From Bdellovibrionales bacterium (GTDB lineage: Bacteria > Bdellovibrionota > Bdellovibrionia > Bdellovibrionales > UBA1609), in assembly GCA_007121385.1 (NCBI GenBank), contig SKLV01000081.1, positions 11,539 through 75,538 of the forward strand: DNA of 64,000 bases, in the 5' to 3' direction. Positions 62,757 through 64,000 of the stretch are shown piece by piece. The position numbers and the translations under genes are program-made. The notes beneath the pieces were generated by a model that saw only the letters and a program-made list of their open reading frames with translations, made no database searches and had not been told where the DNA came from. Position 1 is the first letter of the stretch. Each line of letters opens with the position of its first letter.

Positions 62757-63623
62757 ATGGGATTTATAGGCGCACTCATTGTTGTTTTAAGTGTATTTGG
62801 CGGCTACATGGGAGCCGGCGGACATCTGCATGTGATCTGGCAGCCCTTTGAGGTGGTGATCATTGGCGGAGCTGCTCTGGGAGGCTTTATTATTGCCAAC
62901 CCAATGGGCACCTTGAAAATGGCTATCTCCAAAAGCCTTCATGCCTTGATGGGCTCAGGCGGAGTGGCGAAAAAGGACTATCTAGAGCTTCTACAGATGT
63001 TGTTTCAGCTCTTCCAAGTGGCTCGCAAAGATGGTCCCCAGGCCATTGAAAAGCATATTGAGGAGCCCAACTCATCTGAAATTTTTAAAGCCTATCCCAG
63101 TTTTCTCAAAAACCATCATGCTGTGGATTTCCTTTGCGACACGATGAAGATCACTCTTTCGGCAGATCTCTCTCAATATGATGTGGATGACCTGCTCGAC
63201 CAGGATATCAAATCCGCTCACGAGGAAGAGCACGCCTCCCAACACGCGGTTCAAGCCGTAGCAGATGCTCTGCCGGGACTGGGGATTGTGGCCGCGGTTT
63301 TGGGGATTGTGCATACCATGGACTACCTAGATCAAGGGGTTCAAACCATTGGAGCCTTAGTGGCGGCTGCCCTTGTTGGAACTTTTTTAGGGGTTTTTGC
63401 CTGTTATGGTTTTGTGGGGCCCTTGGCGACAAAAATGAAGAACGACATGGATTCAGAGGGGCGTTACCTGAGTGTGATTAAGGCGGCCATGGTCGCCTTG
63501 CAAAAGGGGGCTCCTCCTTTAGTTTGTGTGGAATTTGCCCGTCGAACCATTTACCCCACAGAGCGGCCCACTTTTGATGAAATGGACACTGCTACTAAAG
63601 AGGGCAAAAAGGCGGCAGCCTAA
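62757..63623 (+). CDS. motA: Flagellar stator protein MotA
   Basis: 288 aa with four TM helices. ALPGLGIVAAVLGIVHTM and ALVGTFLGVF are typical of the MotA/TolQ/ExbB family. Followed by motB. Confidence 0.92.
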   Translation: MGFIGALIVVLSVFGGYMGAGGHLHVIWQPFEVVIIGGAALGGFIIANPMGTLKMAISKSLHALMGSGGVAKKDYLELLQMLFQLFQVARKDGPQAIEKHIEEPNSSEIFKAYPSFLKNHHAVDFLCDTMKITLSADLSQYDVDDLLDQDIKSAHEEEHASQHAVQAVADALPGLGIVAAVLGIVHTMDYLDQGVQTIGALVAAALVGTFLGVFACYGFVGPLATKMKNDMDSEGRYLSVIKAAMVALQKGAPPLVCVEFARRTIYPTERPTFDEMDTATKEGKKAAA

Positions 63624-63638
63624 TTGAGGAGTTAAGTT

Positions 63639-64000
63639 TTGGCCGAGAAAGAACCAGTGATCGTCATAAAAAAAATCACCGTCCAGGCTGCAGGGGCTCA
63701 TGGGGGCTCCTGGAAGGTGGCCTTTGCTGACTTTATGACTGCCTTGATGGCTTTTTTCTTGGTGATGTGGCTGATCGGGCAGTCCGAAGAGGTCAAGAGT
63801 AATGTGGCGGAGTACTTCTCTACCCCTAGTGTTATTGAATATTACTTTTCCAATTACGGAGTGGAGCTGACTTTGGAAAAAATGTTTTTAGATCTGGTCA
63901 ACGAGCCCCTAAAGTTTTTTCAGGCCTTTATTCGGCCCATGGATCACAAACCTGACTTTATGGCTATGGGCTCCAAGCGCATAGTGATGCAACATCTAGC
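63639..64000 (+). CDS. motB: Flagellar stator protein MotB (5' part, runs off window)
   Basis: TTG 63639 lies 8 nt after a GAGGA SD. GGSWKVAFADFMTALMAFFLVMWL is the MotB plug/TM region with its conserved Asp. It is not in the ORF track because no stop lies in the window. Confidence 0.85.
   Translation, partial: MAEKEPVIVIKKITVQAAGAHGGSWKVAFADFMTALMAFFLVMWLIGQSEEVKSNVAEYFSTPSVIEYYFSNYGVELTLEKMFLDLVNEPLKFFQAFIRPMDHKPDFMAMGSKRIVMQHL

Overview
Gene-dense chromosomal window (about 50% GC by eye) from a flagellated Gram-negative bacterium. Three short (~275 aa) flagellin paralogs, csrA-fliW, HD-GYP, PilT and many overlapping gene ends give a Bdellovibrio-like impression, but that taxon call is unverified. 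I call about 75 CDS and one tRNA-Leu(UAG). I saw no rRNA, CRISPR array, transposase or integrase. Flagellar genes lie at 15.5-25.1 kb (flgF-G-A-H-I, a short rod-binding-only flgJ, flgM-N, flgK-L, csrA, fliW), at 33.1-43.3 kb (three flagellins, flaG, fliD, fliS, a fliT-position gene, interrupted by a P-type ATPase), and at the 3' edge (motA-motB). Promoters can be read directly. Near-identical sigma-54 boxes (TGGCATGTC-N2-TTGCT) precede flgF and an accessory operon at 43.4 kb. Sigma-28 boxes (TAAAGTxx-N11/12-GCCGAxxx) precede each flagellin, flaG, motA and a small unknown ORF. The remaining genes are housekeeping: gcvT-gcvH, an SDR/CoA-transferase/acyl-CoA dehydrogenase operon, pilT-recX, pgpA-cinA-recA-lysC, prmA-rsmE, meaB, rsmD-coaD-aminotransferase, ssb, pal-cpoB-tsaD-rsmA-smpB, rluB and dsbD. 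Best leads: (1) a sigma-54-driven operon just after fliD-fliS, encoding a TPR protein, a C-terminally extended GT9 heptosyltransferase-like enzyme, a histidine kinase with a pseudo-receiver, a CheY-like regulator and a degenerate PilZ-like protein; it may be a flagellin-modification and signalling module. (2) A 230-nt flgI-flgJ spacer carrying several hairpins that display AGGAU loops, which could be a CsrA-binding leader or sponge RNA. (3) CsrA-type GGA sites in the csrA and flagellin leaders. (4) Perfect sigma-28 promoters placed so close to their start codons that the mRNAs would be nearly leaderless. (5) A gcvT leader with mutually exclusive GCCCCU/AGGGGC pairings and only partial similarity to a glycine riboswitch. 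All functional calls rest on motif recognition by eye; no searches were run.
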